Source: Raillietiella orientalis (taxonomy: Eukaryota). Taken from it: a DNA stretch of 64,000 nt. The stretch's first letter is position 1, and every line of letters starts with the position of its first letter. The notes under the pieces were generated by a model that had not been told where the DNA came from, made no database searches, and worked only from the letters and a program-made list of their open reading frames with translations. Where the stretch lies: the NCBI GenBank assembly GCA_036172245.1, contig JAYWIR010000098.1, positions 62,001-126,000 of the forward strand, in the 5' to 3' direction. The position numbers were made by a program, and so were the translations under genes. Shown in pieces: positions 37,332-51,800 of the stretch.

Positions 37332-39990
37332 TTCACCCGGGTGAGCCAGGGCTTTTATTATTAAAATTTTCCAAAATACAAAATAAAATTTCATAATAAA
37401 GTCATGAGTTGTTGTTGTTTTTTTTTTTTTTTTTTTTTTTTGTGGTGGTTGTTCTTGTTTTTCAGTCGGGACATATGACCCGACTGTCTTGGGGCACTTG
37501 TCCTTACCGACCCTAAGGCCGATAAGGTCCTCCACACTGGCGAAGGGGCAGGGAAAACCAAAAATAAACAAAAAAAGAAAATGCCTGGGGGGAACAATGT
37601 ACTTTAGGGGGGGGGAGGGAAGGGAAGGAATCACGGTACGCCGTGAGGAGGCCTATGCATTCCGTCACGGATGCGGACGAGCGCCTGTAAGTGTTTTTTA
37701 AGTCCGCGCCAACGGCAGGCCTTCTCCAAGGAGATGGTTGCTCAGTGGATGGCATTCCGACCGGCATGTCCTCTCCTTGACGCGGTCCACTTGTCCAGTA
37801 TTCCGCGTATGCAACAGAGCACTGCTACACACCCGGAAGCTGGCAAGTCGTCCCGCATCAGGAGTCGAAAAATGTTCTTCGGGTCGCCCCGCAGAATGTT
37901 CAAGATCGACGAGAGTCGGTCCCACATATCGCGAAGGGCAACGCACTCAATGATCAAGTGAGGTAAGGTTGCTCTTTCCTCACAGTCTGGGCAATTAGCA
38001 TCCACACTTCCCCATGTCCAGTGAGACAAGCGCGCTCTGCTTAACAGTCCCCAATGGAGCAGAAGCAACGCCGTCTCCTGCCACTGCAGGGGAAGGGTGC
38101 CGTTATTCCACGACGCCGGGGGCGACTTCACCTCCTCCGGAGGTACTTCGAGCAGCGCGCCTTAGCGTGTAAGTCCATTCGGCCAGACACTCGGGGTACT
38201 AGCGTCCGCTAGTTCCCGGGACGTTCACGCCTTCAATAATTTTTTTCTGCCTCCGATGAGGCAGGACACTTCCCACGATGCCTCCTGCTGGCTGTCCCGA
38301 ACTTCCCTGAGGAAGGCAGCACTGGGGCAAGGGGGGTAAAGGAGGCCCACAGAAGCTTCCGTGGGTTGCTGACGATCTCCTGCAGTGGCTGACCAGCGTA
38401 CCTGCCTCTACGGAGGCAGGAGAAGTCCTCATCGCTAAAGCCGTTGATTTTAGCCCATGCGGAAACGGATTCCTGGAGCCAGGTAGTCCATTCCGCTGGG
38501 ATGCAGGAGATCCACGGATTGTCTGTCAACAGGGCAACTAATTCCCGCAGCTGAAAACCACAGTGGTTAAGGCTGCGGTCGTTGGCTACTAGGATTGCGG
38601 TCAATCCATGGCAGCCGGTTGCCCTGTGAGCCAGGAGTCGTGAAGGTGCACATCAGGGTGCGGTCCAGTACTTTGCCACAAGGGCAAGTTTACGGAATCG
38701 GAGCAGTCGCTCCATGCGCTCCAGCGTCAGGAGACCAAGTCCACCGTCCCTGCGTGGAGCGCACAAGTCTTTAAGACGGACGCGGGGCCTCCGATTGCCC
38801 CAGAGGGCTTTTCTAATGATGCCCCTTGTTCTTTGTCGAATTTGGGGAGGTATGGGGCATACAAAAAGTAGGGGGCGGAGGAGGGGGGCCGCAAAAGCGT
38901 TCCACACCGCGGCCCGTTCCTGCAAGTAAAACTTGCCGTCCCGGAACGGGCCGATCGTCAACCCCACCTTTTGGAGACGGCCGGACCAGGCTTCTGCAGC
39001 GCAGAAGTCCCCCAACGGAATGCCCAGGTACTTGAAGTACCCGCCCGTGAGGATCCCCAAGCGGATCCAGTCCGACCGTCCTGCCCGCCACGAGTTTGAA
39101 GAAATGATTGACGACTTCGCACTGTTTACCTCGAAGCCCGTCCCACGGTTCAGCAACTCAAAGAAATCATCGAGCGCCGATGCCGGGGTGGATCCGGGAA
39201 GCAGAAGCAGAAGGTCGTCGGCATAGGCCGACACGGCAGGCGTGCCGGGACATGAGCTCGGCAGGGTTGCCAAAGTCTCCCTGTATGCTCTCAGCACCAA
39301 CTCAAAGTAGATGCTGAAGAGCAGGGGGCTCAGGCTGTCACCCTGCCGGATGCCGCGACGAACCGGCACGCCGTACACGTGCCAGCCGCTGAAATTGATG
39401 TTAATTAGCGCGAAGCGCCAGCAAGAGCGCAGGTACGCCAGGAAGACGGCCGGTAATCCCAAGCGTTCCAGGAGCTCCAGGAGAAGCCCCTGGTCGACGC
39501 AATCGGAAGCTTTACGGAAATCGACTGCGACCGCAAGGGCTCCGGGCGCCGCATCCTCCCCCCGTCTTCCTACCCCCTTTTCGGTAAAGAGTTCAGGACT
39601 CTCCCGACCTAGCTGAGCCTCGCGCTGTTGCAACTGTTAAAAGGTGCTGGCGAGGAACAGGTTGGCCTCTATGGTTCGTCCGGGAACAGCGTAAGTCTAT
39701 TCCGGACTAACGACGGATTCCGCTTCCCGTCCCAGACGCTCAGCCCAGAGTTTGGCGAGCAACTTTGCGTCCACATTTACCCCAGTGATAGGACGCCAGT
39801 TGCCAACGTTGCGCAAGTCTCCTCCTTTAGGGAGGAGACGTACTCTAGCTGACCTGAACGAGTTGGGGACATCCCCGCGTTCACGGATCAGCAAACACAA
39901 TTTGAGCACCAGGGGAGCCAACTCTGCCGCGAAGTGTTGGTAGAATTCAGCTGGCAGGCCGTCTTTTCCTGGTGCTTTGTTTTTTTTTAG
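37332..39990 (-). mobile_element. 5'-truncated family-A LINE with a 14-bp TSD (tttttcgcgggttt at 37318-37331 and 39991-40004)
   Basis: RT ORF 38653-39633 (RQGDSLSPLLF, YADD), CPDCEERATLPHLIIEC, a terminal hairpin and an exact flanking repeat. Confidence 0.92.
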
Positions 39991-41100
39991 TTTTTCGCGG
40001 GTTTCGCGGATTTTGCAGGAACTTTATTCTTCTTTTTCAAGTTCCCTTTTTTGTAGCTGACCTTTTGCCAGTCCGGCTCTTCTCCTTCCGCCCCGGTTGC
40101 CTCCGTTTCCGCAGACGGGGTGTTAGGCACGGCCTTTTCGGCTGGCGTCGGGTCAACCTGTTTTTCAGACGTTGGTCAGGGCTTGCCATGCTTCTTGTTA
40201 TTTGCGTTCGTGCCTCTTGTGACAGCAGCCAGCGCGCGCGGAGACTTTTTCGGGCACATTTCTTCCGTGTGCCCGGTTGCCTTGCACTTGCGGCAGGTGA
40301 TGTTGGGGCAACGTTTCTTCACGTGTTCCGTAGCATCACAGAACGCGCAGTATTTGGGTTCACCCAAATACCAGATGTCGACAGTATCTCCGTTGACAAC
40401 CATTTTGTGGGTAATCCCCACGTCCTTGGCAACCGTGATGCGCGCAGCAGCGAGCCCGCTTAGAAGTCCGTTATAAGTACGGTGTCTGTTGGGCTTCGCC
40501 CACAGTGCGTGCACGGTGCCGAATTTGCACAATTCAGCCCTGACGGCACTCGGGGGCATCCGTAGGGTGATTCCGCGGAGGTGAACTATTGAGTTGTCTA
40601 CCGGGACAGGGAAGATCTGGCTGCCTTCGATCCTAACGGAAGTTCGCAGCAGTCTTTGCGCCAACCCTGCTTCTTTGCAGGTCAGCTCGAAATGCTGCCT
40701 TCCGCTGCGGATGGAGAGACCCAACAGATCCTCCTTGTTGACGTTCAAATGGTGCAGCTCCTTCTCAAAGGAGCGCGCCACACGATCATCGAATACCCGG
40801 CCTACCTTAAACAGCAGGCTGGGATTGCAATTATAGGCCTTGTAGGCCTGGGTCTCGGCCATGGCCGCTGCAGATGGCGCTGCGACCACGGCGCTGTAGT
40901 CCCTTGCTGGCGCGGGGGGTGAAGCTTTAGGGGCTAGTGCCCTTACCTCCATGGGGACGGGTGACGTTCGACCGTCGCCCCCCCTACATTCCTCAGTGGC
41001 GGGATCAGGCATTTTTGCCATCCTTCAACCACTGAATCACCGCACTACACCAATAAAAACGAAGCGAGTCAGGAGCGCGCGCAGAACACGTCCGACCGAC
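39991..41100 (-). mobile_element. Host LINE 5' end and ORF1 (ORF 40176-41021)
   Basis: CAFCDATEHVKKRC and CRKCKATGHTEEMC knuckles. Confidence 0.88.
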
Positions 41101-42240
41101 AGCACTACGCCGGTGTTGCTGCTAGTGTTCCATTGGGGACTCCTTTGCAAAGCATGCCTCTTCCATTGGACTCCAGGGACTGTGGATACCAATTGTTCAG
41201 GGTAAGGGGAACAAGAGACCTACTCCACCTCATAATCGAGTGTGTTGTCCTTCGACCCATGTGAGATCATCTATCAGCAATCTTGATAATTCCCGGGAAC
41301 GACCCGAAGCGCATTTTCCGTCGCCTATTCATTCAGGACTACCTGCCAGCAGCCGCATGTGTAGCAATTCTGTACTGCATGCAGGGGATCCTGACAAACT
41401 GAGCTTCGTTCTACAGAGGACATAACATCCGGAATGCCATCCATTGGGCGGCCTTCAACATTGAGAAAGCTTCTCGATGGTCCCTGCTCAGATCATTACG
41501 TCCGGAACTTATCCGCATCCTAAACAGGATTAAGAGAACCTCTCGGAGCGACCAGTGATCCCATTCTAGCCCTCCTCTCCCGAGAAAATTTGCCCTCTTC
41601 TTGGTTTTAATTTGATTTTTCGATTTTTTTGTTTGTAGTTTTCCCTTCTCCATCGCATCCGGGCAGGATCTCTGCTGCCTGCGAACTGGCAGCGGGAAGT
41701 GTATCAAGACAGGCACAGTCACGAGTTCCGCCCAAACTCCTTTCGAGAACGTTATTATCAAATTTGTATTATATGAAAATTTTAATCATAAATGTCCCGC
41801 GAAATCAGGGTGATAAATATACCGGCTGGTGCAGAGCATTCCAGGCTTTGTGGATCGAGCAAGCAAGATGCTCCAGACTGCCAGACCTGGCGCTCGGCTC
41901 TCGTCTTGTATTCCACAGGCCGGCTAACATACCCGCAGGCGCGTGTACGGTGTGCGGGATAGTAGTGGCAAAGTGATACACCGAGTGAGCAGGAGGAACA
42001 AGTAGGCTGCCCTTTACGTCACGCGCTTCCTGCAGATATCGTCGAGGTAGCTCTTCCTGGAAAGGGACGTGAAGGAGCTCTCCGACATCCTGCAACTGAA
42101 GCGGAAGCCTCACTTACCACGAGATTTGATCCCTTTCCGTCCCACAAGCTAATCTCGTTGTGGTTAACTTTTATTTTCATTATTTCCTTTTTTATCTAGT
42201 TTTGTTTTATCCATCTTCTTCTTCTTAGGCTCGATAAACC
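41101..42240. mobile_element. Short family-A fragments: 3' end (+, 41101-41820), antisense linker (~41821-41935), 3' fragment (+, ~41990-42240)
   Basis: LVFHWGLLCKACLFHWT, gtgatccc stop/UTR signatures and a degenerate terminal hairpin at 41785-41817. Confidence 0.72.
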
Positions 42241-44399
42241 TCGCTGGCTTTCACTTATTTCCACTGTGATAATCAGGATCATTTAGCCATCTGGCTTCAC
42301 TGATAACTCTAAGAGATATAATTGCCTAGGTGCACCCAAGTGCAAAACCATACTCAGGGTGGAGAGACCTTAAATAATTTTATTGCTTTACATCTATCTT
42401 CTGCATGAACAGCAGAACTTTCTACAACAGAATTTCCGCACACCTTAAAAATAAAACCGCGTTTGTAGCACTGTACCTAATAAGAGTTATGTTTCGCCCA
42501 AGCTGCCGCAGATGGAGTGACCATCTGCGCGCTCCAGATCTTTGCTTTGAGCGCGCAGGAGTGTGTGGGTTCGGCTACCTCCATAGTCGTGGGCGAAGAG
42601 TAAGAGAAGGAAATAGCCTCTTATTTTCAAACATCCATCGTTGTGTGCATAGGGAGCCTTGCTACTGCACACTCACTAAGAACACAAACACGCAGTAGAA
42701 AGTTGTCAAAGGTTACCATGAGATTGTTTCCATCCCCTTGGGTACACAAAACAATCATCTGATGTTTTTCTGATACATTTGGGCATTTGGTCATGGCTTC
42801 ACCATTCGAGCAATCCGAAAATACAAACGGAGCTCGAAATTTGAAAGTTCTCACAGAGCACGTGGTCAGAGTCACAACGCGGCGGTGTTTCAGGGATAGG
42901 CAGAACAAAAACAGTATTGCTTTCGGTTCAACGTTAGCTGGAAGTCCGAACTGGATCCGCTAAAGAAACTTTTCGAAGGGATCATTGAAGTATCTAGATG
43001 TTCCCTTAATGCAGTTCTGCATTAACGAAGCCTAGTGCATAAGACACCGCAAAGCAGAGTTAATGATCAGGTGTTTCTAGAGCACTGGTATGCCTCTCCG
43101 AACGAGCTACAGAGAGATAGGATACTGACACACGCCTGATGTCGGAAATGCAATCCGTTATAAAAATGAAGACAACATTGATCTCTGTTTTTGCGTACGG
43201 TTGTGAAGAAGACAGAAACCTTTGAAGGTCTTCCGTTTACCCTGTTCTAAAGAAAACTGTAGGTGCAACTTTGGCAGTGGGAAGTCCTTGCAAACGTCTT
43301 TAAGGAGCAAAAGCGCTACTAACTGTGCTGCTCTAGGATGCACATTTGAAGGTAGTGATGATCAGAAGCACGAGAAACGAGGAGACACATGGAGAAATTA
43401 TCCGTTTTCACCAGAAAACAACTGAAGAAAGAAACGCTGAGAGACTAATGAATTCTCATCTAATATAAAATTTTATTCCTAAAACGCGAGCATAGCGAGC
43501 GCATCTTCCAATAAATATGGTCTCGTAGAGAAATAACGCTGCAGCGGAGAATGAAACAAAATCTGTACCACATGATGCAATCTTCTTGCTATTTACTGCC
43601 AAAGTTGAAGATCTCAAAGTACTTGCAGCCAATAATTTTCTTAATGTTTTGTCAGCGAGAAATGACCTCCTCACGTGAAAATTTAGGACTCCAAAGTGGT
43701 AACAACGTCTGTAGAATGCAGCCGCTTGTGCAGGGCATTCGTTACTTGTGGATCCACTGCAGCTATGCACTTTACTTAGTAATAGATATCTTTGCAACTT
43801 CAATCCACTTCATCGTTTGAAGTCACTCCCCGTTGTGGCTTAAAAGCTCCCATTCCCTACTCTTTCATCATCTTTTGTGTTCCCCCATGGTGAGTGATGA
43901 AAATTGGAGCGTGAAAATGGACAAAGAACGTAGGCAATATTTCGGAGCGCACTATTATGTGTTTACCAAATCCATGTAATGACAAAATGGCTCAACATTT
44001 GCATTCTCCGCTACTGCATGCTAATAATAAAGTATTTTTCAATCCCTTTCGTATCCTAAGCAGTTTGGGTAAGAGAAGACTTTAGAGTCTCCCTACTTTA
44101 TGTGATTTCCTTGTTGATTCACTTTCCGAATGATTAATATAACGTGTCATCCTCGTCTCCTCAAGCCGTACCCTGTAATTATCCACAGAAAGTATAATCA
44201 ACTTAAATACTGAAGCAGACTCGTATGCCACTTATTCCCATGGTTTTGACTAACGCAACGAGTGACCCAGAAGACTAGTTTGAAAGCACGTATCAATCAC
44301 AGCTTAGAAAGTCAGTGTAATGATTTAACTATAATGGAATGATAAGTGCGACAAAAACATTTTTGTCCTCAAGGAAATACACTTGTGATAGAAAGTGGT

Positions 44400-46150
44400 G
44401 TTTGAACCACATAAGATGGGAATGACGCTATACTCGTACTCTAAACACAAGGCTGATAGAAAAGGACAGTGTTGAATAGGATCAGAGAGATGTTAAGATC
44501 ATCTGAAAGAAACTTTAAGGTGACTTATTGATCGATGGGAAGGCGATGGAGTTGTTCTGAGGAGGTACGAAAGAGACCTCTTAGTCTGAAATTACTAAAA
44601 AGCAGGAGAGCCATCGAGAACATGTCTACAGGTTAACCTGGTTAGAGACGCAATACCATATATCGGAAGTGCTGACGGATGATGGGACCAAGAGGTATCG
44701 ATTTGTTTATTTCTACGGTAGCATTTATGCTATTTTGACACCAGATTTCAGTGTAGAAAAGGAAATACAACCTGCGCAGCATTCATTTCGGATGCATATC
44801 AAGTCGCTCGGGCGAATATCTTGAAAATGGCACTACTCCAGCTACTGCGAAGACATGAATGCACTTGATTGATTTTGATCCCAATGGAATGGATTCCAAG
44901 GATGCGTGATATGTATGCTGCACAGATCGCAAACTTATCAACAGCAGATGCGAAGCACGTGCTGATCAAGATGAGTTTCATAGACCGTTTCGACAAGCAG
45001 AGAACTTAAAGCGGTGCTGCAGAATATTTAAAACGATGATTCCTAAGACACAGAGAAAGAGGCTAACCGACAGAGAGCGAACTGGACTGGAATCTCAATG
45101 AACAGATGAACGTTTGTCATGAAAAGGGAAACTCGAACATGCGGTTTCCGTCTGCAAACAGAATGGTCCTGAACGAACTCGTGGATCCGCTTGTGTGATA
45201 TATATTTCTTTGGTGCCTATGTCATGGAACACGAAACTTCTAGATCCGTTTTCATTTCATAGTAAACTAACGCCATTTGTTTGCAATTTCAACAGAACAC
45301 AGCATTTTCTCTCCCTCAATGTAAGGAATATTCATACATATATATATACATCCTCACTCCTCTTTGGATATTCCAAACGCCATTTTAACTGACACTGCTC
45401 GTATGGACGTACCGCACTCAGTATATTCTCCCAGAGTGTAAAAACTGATTCCGAAATGTGAAAGCGAAAGCAAGGAGAAAGAAATCTGATAGAAAAGGAC
45501 ACCAGACAAACGTGCAAAGGTCAATCAAGGCATCCCAGGATATGTCAAGCATGTACTAGGATTGACAGGAATTGAAGTGCTATCAGCGAAAACGACCTTT
45601 ACGGAATTTCATATGGCAGTCCAATTCTCAAAAGGGAGCATATCAAAAAGATTTTCGTATTAATGTATTCTGAAACCCAGGGCAGTGATCTAAATGGTGA
45701 ATAGAGGAAAAAATAGATCGTGTTCTTCTATCATCATAGAATAATCGATTCGAAGTGCTCATTTAAATATACATTCAGATTTAAAAGGTGTACGCAGTAA
45801 AGTAAAGAGTTTATCAAAATGAAGACATCATGAGATTCTTCTTTAGAGTGTGGCGAAGTAGAATTCTGTAGCAAACCCTCTTTTACTTACTAGACTTTCA
45901 AGTAAGGTTGAGTGGTTTTTCATGAGAACGACAAGTTTGCAGTGAAGCAAGTGGAATTAAGAGACAAGAAGACTCTTTCCAACAGGTGTATTGGGAGGGT
46001 CTAAAGAGATCTGCTATGTGCATCAGCTTTGTTCTTAATGTACCCATTTTTAAATTGCAAAGCATGAAGTTAAGTTATTATCAATTAAGCGTGTTGGGAT
46101 GGGAAACGAATGCATCCTTCAGTTTGAAAATTTATGGAATGTTAGGAAAG
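44400..46150 (+). pseudogene. Possible highly decayed Ty1/copia-like gag-integrase relic
   Basis: Only short motifs in copia order: knuckle-like 'VCHEKGN' (~45113), 'ICQAC' (~45540) and integrase-like 'IHSDLKG' (~45770). No LTRs or PBS identified. Confidence 0.33.
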
Positions 46151-47349
46151 GTGAGTCTCCTCACCATGCGTCTTATACTTACCTGTAACGCAGATTCACA
46201 CAGAAAATCTCAAGGTGAAATAAAGAAATTCTTTTATTATTCGCAGATGCAAAAGCACAAGGAATCTATGAGCTCCTCAATCCTTGACGATGACATTCAG
46301 TAAGGTGCCTGCTTGCCAGTAACAAGATAACGTGGTTGGTATTCTTCCAGCATTTGGACCGACGACGAGTCTAAGGAGAAAAAGTATCAGTTTTATCCCT
46401 TAACCTTTGAATATCAAGTATCTGGTACTTTTGAATAGTTCTTCTATCATGGACCCGTTCTCTAGTTGAAAAAAGTTAAAGAAAAGCTTCAGTTATGCTG
46501 TCATGCTGTCAATGACACATGCATCAGAAACGAAAAAAAGGGAAAGTTCAAATACCACGGAACATTCTAGCAGAGTTCTTGGAACCTCTCTCATATTCAA
46601 AACGAAAATAAAGTCACAAGGTTGCACGATTTAAAAGGCGTCTAAAATCTGTCAACTTTTACAGATCTGCACATTACATATTTCAAAGAACTCCTCAAAT
46701 TGATTCCATAAAATTTCAACGATTGTGCATCAGTTGAAGGAACACAACCAAAAAGAAGCTTTCAATAATATTCTTCAAAGCCACAACAAAATTAATAGTG
46801 AAGCAAATACCTGAAACGTCATACCTCTGTCTCCTATCAGGGTAAACGAGGTCACAAGTACCATTGAATGCTGTCAAAACAAAATTAGCCATCATAGGTT
46901 CACGACTTTCTTTGACCTAAAATTATCAATAGTTTTCGAACAGTGCAAAAACATGCTTACATATAGTTCCGAATAGCATTGACCTTGACCTAGTCCATGC
47001 GAACGACTATTGATAGACAATTCACATGTGGCGTACCTGTTGTCGAAGGTATATTGACATCCTCCAACAGGAGGACGCAGACCAATGACGCGTGGCAAAA
47101 CTTTAAGCCCTACAGAATTAAAGTCTTCCACCAGATAGTCAGAAGTTCCCATTGCCTGGCAAAACAGGAGTACAACAACCTAAAACGAAAAGCACTACAG
47201 TAAATACTTGAATTCAAGTGAGCAAAGGACTAGTAAAATTGCAAAAGTTCCAAGAATCACACAAGAGTCTTCCTTTTGAAATTTAAGTGCAGCAGCCATA
47301 CAAAGCTCATCAAAAAGCACCGCAAACGACAGCGCTTGCTCCATTAGCA

Positions 47350-48850
47350 GCATAAACTTGCTCCTGTACCAGCCTTTCGAAAAACTTTAAGACTCTTTCA
47401 AGACCCTAAACACGTAAGATCCAGAGAAACTATACCTTTGCATACATTATCAATATTTACGCGTGCAAAATGGCAAACAGTTATGAAAGGAAATCAAGAA
47501 AAAAACAAGATATATCCAGGAGAGCAGAAGGAACAACAAGAGCAACGAATCTCTCATAACAAATAAATCAGATAGAAAACAAAGAAGGTTCCAAACCACG
47601 AGATGATACACTAGTCAGAAATTCTCTAAGGGAAAGTTAAGAAACCGAAAATGCAACGAGAGTAACGGATCAAGGGAAAAAATGCAAGTACCACGAATTC
47701 ATTCAAATGCCAATCAAAGCAGCAGATACATCACTAAGCAACTCTAATAGTCACTAGTCGAACTAATTGTACCACAACGCGCTGTGTAATATTGAATCAA
47801 CGATCCAATTGCAAATTGCCAAAAACAGCTTGCATACGAAAGAAGACCTGAAGTTCCACGATGAACATCCTTTCAAGAACCAAATACTGCTTACGAAGTT
47901 GAATAGAATTGATGGCATCCTTTCACTCGAAATGCTAGCCGATCAAGGAGCAGAATGGAGCATCACATTGAGAGGAGAACGCTGCTCCGGTGGGTTTTAT
48001 ACAGAGTCACTTGCGGTTTCATACAACACATGATATTCCCTTGCCCCTCCTTGCCCTACGCCGTTCTCCCAACAAGTGCTGGAATCTCTCTTTCATGATG
48101 CGCAAAACAACGGATGATTTACTTTTCCACATCCAGGACGTTCTCGGCAGAACAAAGGCGGAAGAAATCTTAGCATTAATGAGAAAAATAGCTCACATCA
48201 GTGTCAACGAAATGTTTTCGAAGAAAGAAGGAAACTAGACGAGTTTACAGATTAGCATGCGTCTTAAAGGAACGGTGAGATGCCCGGACCACTGATAGCT
48301 TTCAAGTATGGTAGGAAAGAGCATTGAACGAGGTAGGCGACGTGGGAAAAAGGATTGCGATGAGAGACAATATGGAGCAGACGAGAAACGAGAGCACCGT
48401 CACCAAAGGTTGAGATACGGTTCCGATGAACACGTGGAGATCCTGCAGAAGCAAGTAGAATGAGAGCAGATTTGAGAATAACATGTGCAAGCGCATCAAG
48501 ATAGGAGCATCCCACCTGTACCATCACAGCAAACGCACTAATGCGAGCAGCCGGCAACTGCAAACAGAAAAGCACGTACTATAAGCGCGTAGAAAAAAGA
48601 ACCGCGGGCACAAAGTGCGAAGGCATAACAGCTGCAAGGAAACTTTAATTCTGCCAACCCAAACCGCTCTTTGGAGGCGGCAGCTATTTGTGCATTCGGC
48701 GCTCACCGAAGTGCCAAGGGGTTCTTTGCGTGGCTCACTCACTTCCAGAAGGGAAGGAAACTGCGGCTACACAAGAGAAAACTTGGATCCATTGCCGACA
48801 GCAATTCCAATTCCAAATTCGGGGAGGTATATGGACATAACTGTCGGATC
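47350..48850 (+). repeat. Left arm of the outer inverted repeat (partner ~52350-53820)
   Basis: ORFs 48264-48575 (-) and 52577-52936 (+), and ORFs 47990-48238 (+) and 52962-53246 (-), give near-identical translations. Similarity fades outward. Confidence 0.9.
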
Positions 48851-51800
48851 CAGGTTTTCTCTATATGCGAAATTTCAATGCAGGCTAAATGGCTTACCAG
48901 TCTCCTCCTGCTTTGGTCAACTTTTTGTATTGCTGCAGACTGCTTGCATTCTGGAAACCCTGCAAGTCTGTTTCCTGGGCAGCGTCTGCGGTTTGCTCGA
49001 ACATTCTGGATGATCCAACGTTTTGTTCACAGCTTGCCTCTCGTGCCTTCCCAACGCATCCACGATTCTTCATTCAGGTAAAAACAAGAAAACAGTCTAT
49101 TAATGTGGTCAACACCAGGGGCCACGGAAATCAAGAATAACCTTGTAGAAAGAAATCTATTCAAATCGCACGATTTCAGAGAGAACAATTCGTTAGCTCG
49201 AAAAGAATCGACCTGCGGTCCTTATGTCAGATGGACCAGTCTCCCATTGCATGCAAGCAAATCTTCAGGAGCACTCGAATAGAAAGTGGTATCATGGCTA
49301 AGAAAGAGCATTGCAAAATGGTATTTGCATTTCATCGATGCATCTCGCCAGGTTCTCCGCTAATTTGATTCAGGATGCGTGACAATCGGATTACACTCAG
49401 TATGGAAATAAATAATATCCTTGTACTCGCGTTCGGCACAACAGCAAGATCAACTCTATCTGTTTCCCTTTAAGGGATCCTGAAGATGCCCAGCATTCTG
49501 GACATAACCGCAGGAACATAAGCGAGTGCCGAGTGTTGTGGCAGTGGTTCTACATCGCATGTTTTGTTGTGCAGATCGAATTCGGACTGCTGATCTTTCG
49601 GACATCTCCACATTCCTTATATCTCAAAGTATCTAGCAGGAAAAGCAAGTATTATACAAAGCAAACAATGCTTGCGTGTGTGTTTTGCACGTATCTAACA
49701 CGTGCTTCCGTCGTGCTTCCCGTGTTGGTTCAAAAGGAACTGAACGTTCTTTTATTCGTTCCGTACAAAATTTTCCTAATCGACTGCGTTGATTAGCGCG
49801 GTTAATAAGCTACTATAGTTCTTGCAATGTTCCAAAGCTAGTGACGGCTATTTGGCTATCAGCTTCACCAGATGATGACCTCTATTAAATACCACGCACA
49901 GATTCTCTCTACGCTGAGGTGCTCCAAAGAGGAAACCCTGTTCTCCATGCCTTCTAAAGGCTAAAATGCACTTCCTGAGTACAACGTTCTGGACACAGAC
50001 AACTTTTTTACTGTGATTCCTTCGTGGCAACGTAGTAGTACAGACAGACAGAATATGGCTACATAGAATTTACACTGCTACGTCGCATTAAGGATGCAGA
50101 TGTTGAAATGCTGAGCGGTGAGTCTAGCGCTTATATATTCCCCTTATCTATCCTATTTGTAGGAATTCAGCGGAGCAATCGAGATCCCGTTGCCAGCATT
50201 GAAGATCTCCAAGTGGTTGTGCGACGAATGTATGCTTCTTCTCAGATGGAAAATTTCTTCTTCGCGACTGTTGCATTCAGGCAACCCATGGAACGCGAAT
50301 TCAAGTAGTTGATAAGAAACTTCATGTGCATTTTCTTTTACAAAACGCCAAAAAAGCATTGTGATTGAATTTTGTGAGGGTAATACACAAAAATGTCATA
50401 ATCACTTGTTAGTTACTCATCACCAAGATCTCCGAGGTGCTGCATTGAAATGATTTTGACTGTTATGACATCTTGGCAAACAACAAACAAATGGCTGTTT
50501 TTCTGCACAACTACCGATTTGCAACGAGATGCGTCCTTGAAGACACACTTTATTGAATTAAGCTATGGATAAACAGCATGAGAAGTGCGTTGATCAAATG
50601 ATTATTACACTGCAAGTCGTCTAGGGAAACCGATTTTCGTTTGAGCTTCTTAAGCATAAGAGGAGAACCATTGCAATGTTACTCATGTGAGCCCAGTGCG
50701 TCACTGCAATTATTACTCCTCGTTTCCAAGAAATTATAAAAAACCAGCACTTGAACATTCTCCAAAAGTGAGTCAAGCTGAAGGTGCCATTTGCTGATTT
50801 GTTTGGCAGATTCGCATGTCTCTGAGCCGCAACTTTGCATTTTGCGTCGCAAATGTTCGTCCCATCTTTTGAAACAAGCAGCAATCAAACCCTGAATTGC
50901 GTGTGCTTATGTAAAACTGTGGGGCTGTGAGCATCCTTAAAATAAACGCAATGCTTAGCAGGGACTCCCTGCTTTCTGAAGCATCTAGCAGGTGCTTCCA
51001 AAGTGAAATACTTCTGCATTCTGGAAGAGAGGTTCCGCGCAGTTATCACTACATATGTGAATTGCAGCAAGGTGTCCTTGCTCTTTCGTGCTCTTCTTAC
51101 GTATATGCGCTGACACTCTTCTTTCATGAGATGGAGGCCATCACATCGCGAGTTCTAACCAGAGTTCACGCAAACATGGCATGGCGTGCAACAGATGATC
51201 CTTGAATCAGAGTAAGAGGCAAACAAGTTCATAATGGCGCCACTCGGCCAAGAATTTCAAAAAAGAGTGTTTTCAACTTGTTTGCTTCCTACTCAGATTC
51301 AGAGTTCATCTGTTGCATGTCATGCCGTCTTTGCATGTATTGTGGTTAGCACCCGCACTGAAGCATCCTGGATATCATGAAAGAAGCGGTATGCGGAGTC
51401 CCTACAGCGCATCTACGTAAGAAGAGCACGAAAGAGCAAGGACACCTTGCTGCAATTCACAGATGTAGTGATAACTGCGCGGAACCTCTCTTCCAGAATC
51501 CAGAAGTATTTCACTTTGGAGGCACCTGCTAAATGCTTCTGAAAGCAGGGAGTCCCTGCCAGGCATTGCGTTTATTTTAAGGATGCTCACAGCCCCACAG
51601 TTTTACATAAGCACACGCAATCCAGGGTTTGATTGCTGCTTGTTCCAAAAGATGGGACGAACACTTGCGACGCAAAATGCAAAGTTGCGGCTCAGAGACA
51701 TGCGAATCTGCCAAACAAATCAGCAAATGGCACCTTCAGCTTGACTCACTTTTGGAAAATGTTCAAGTGCTGGTTTTTTATAATTTCTTGGAAACGAGGA

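Noticed and set aside
4180..41000. Numerous 60-260 aa antisense or alternate-frame ORFs
   Set aside because: These are shadow ORFs of GC-rich LINE coding sequence.
46892..47152. 'NRYATCELSI' as an hAT TR(W/F) motif
   Set aside because: It is a single weak motif with no supporting context.
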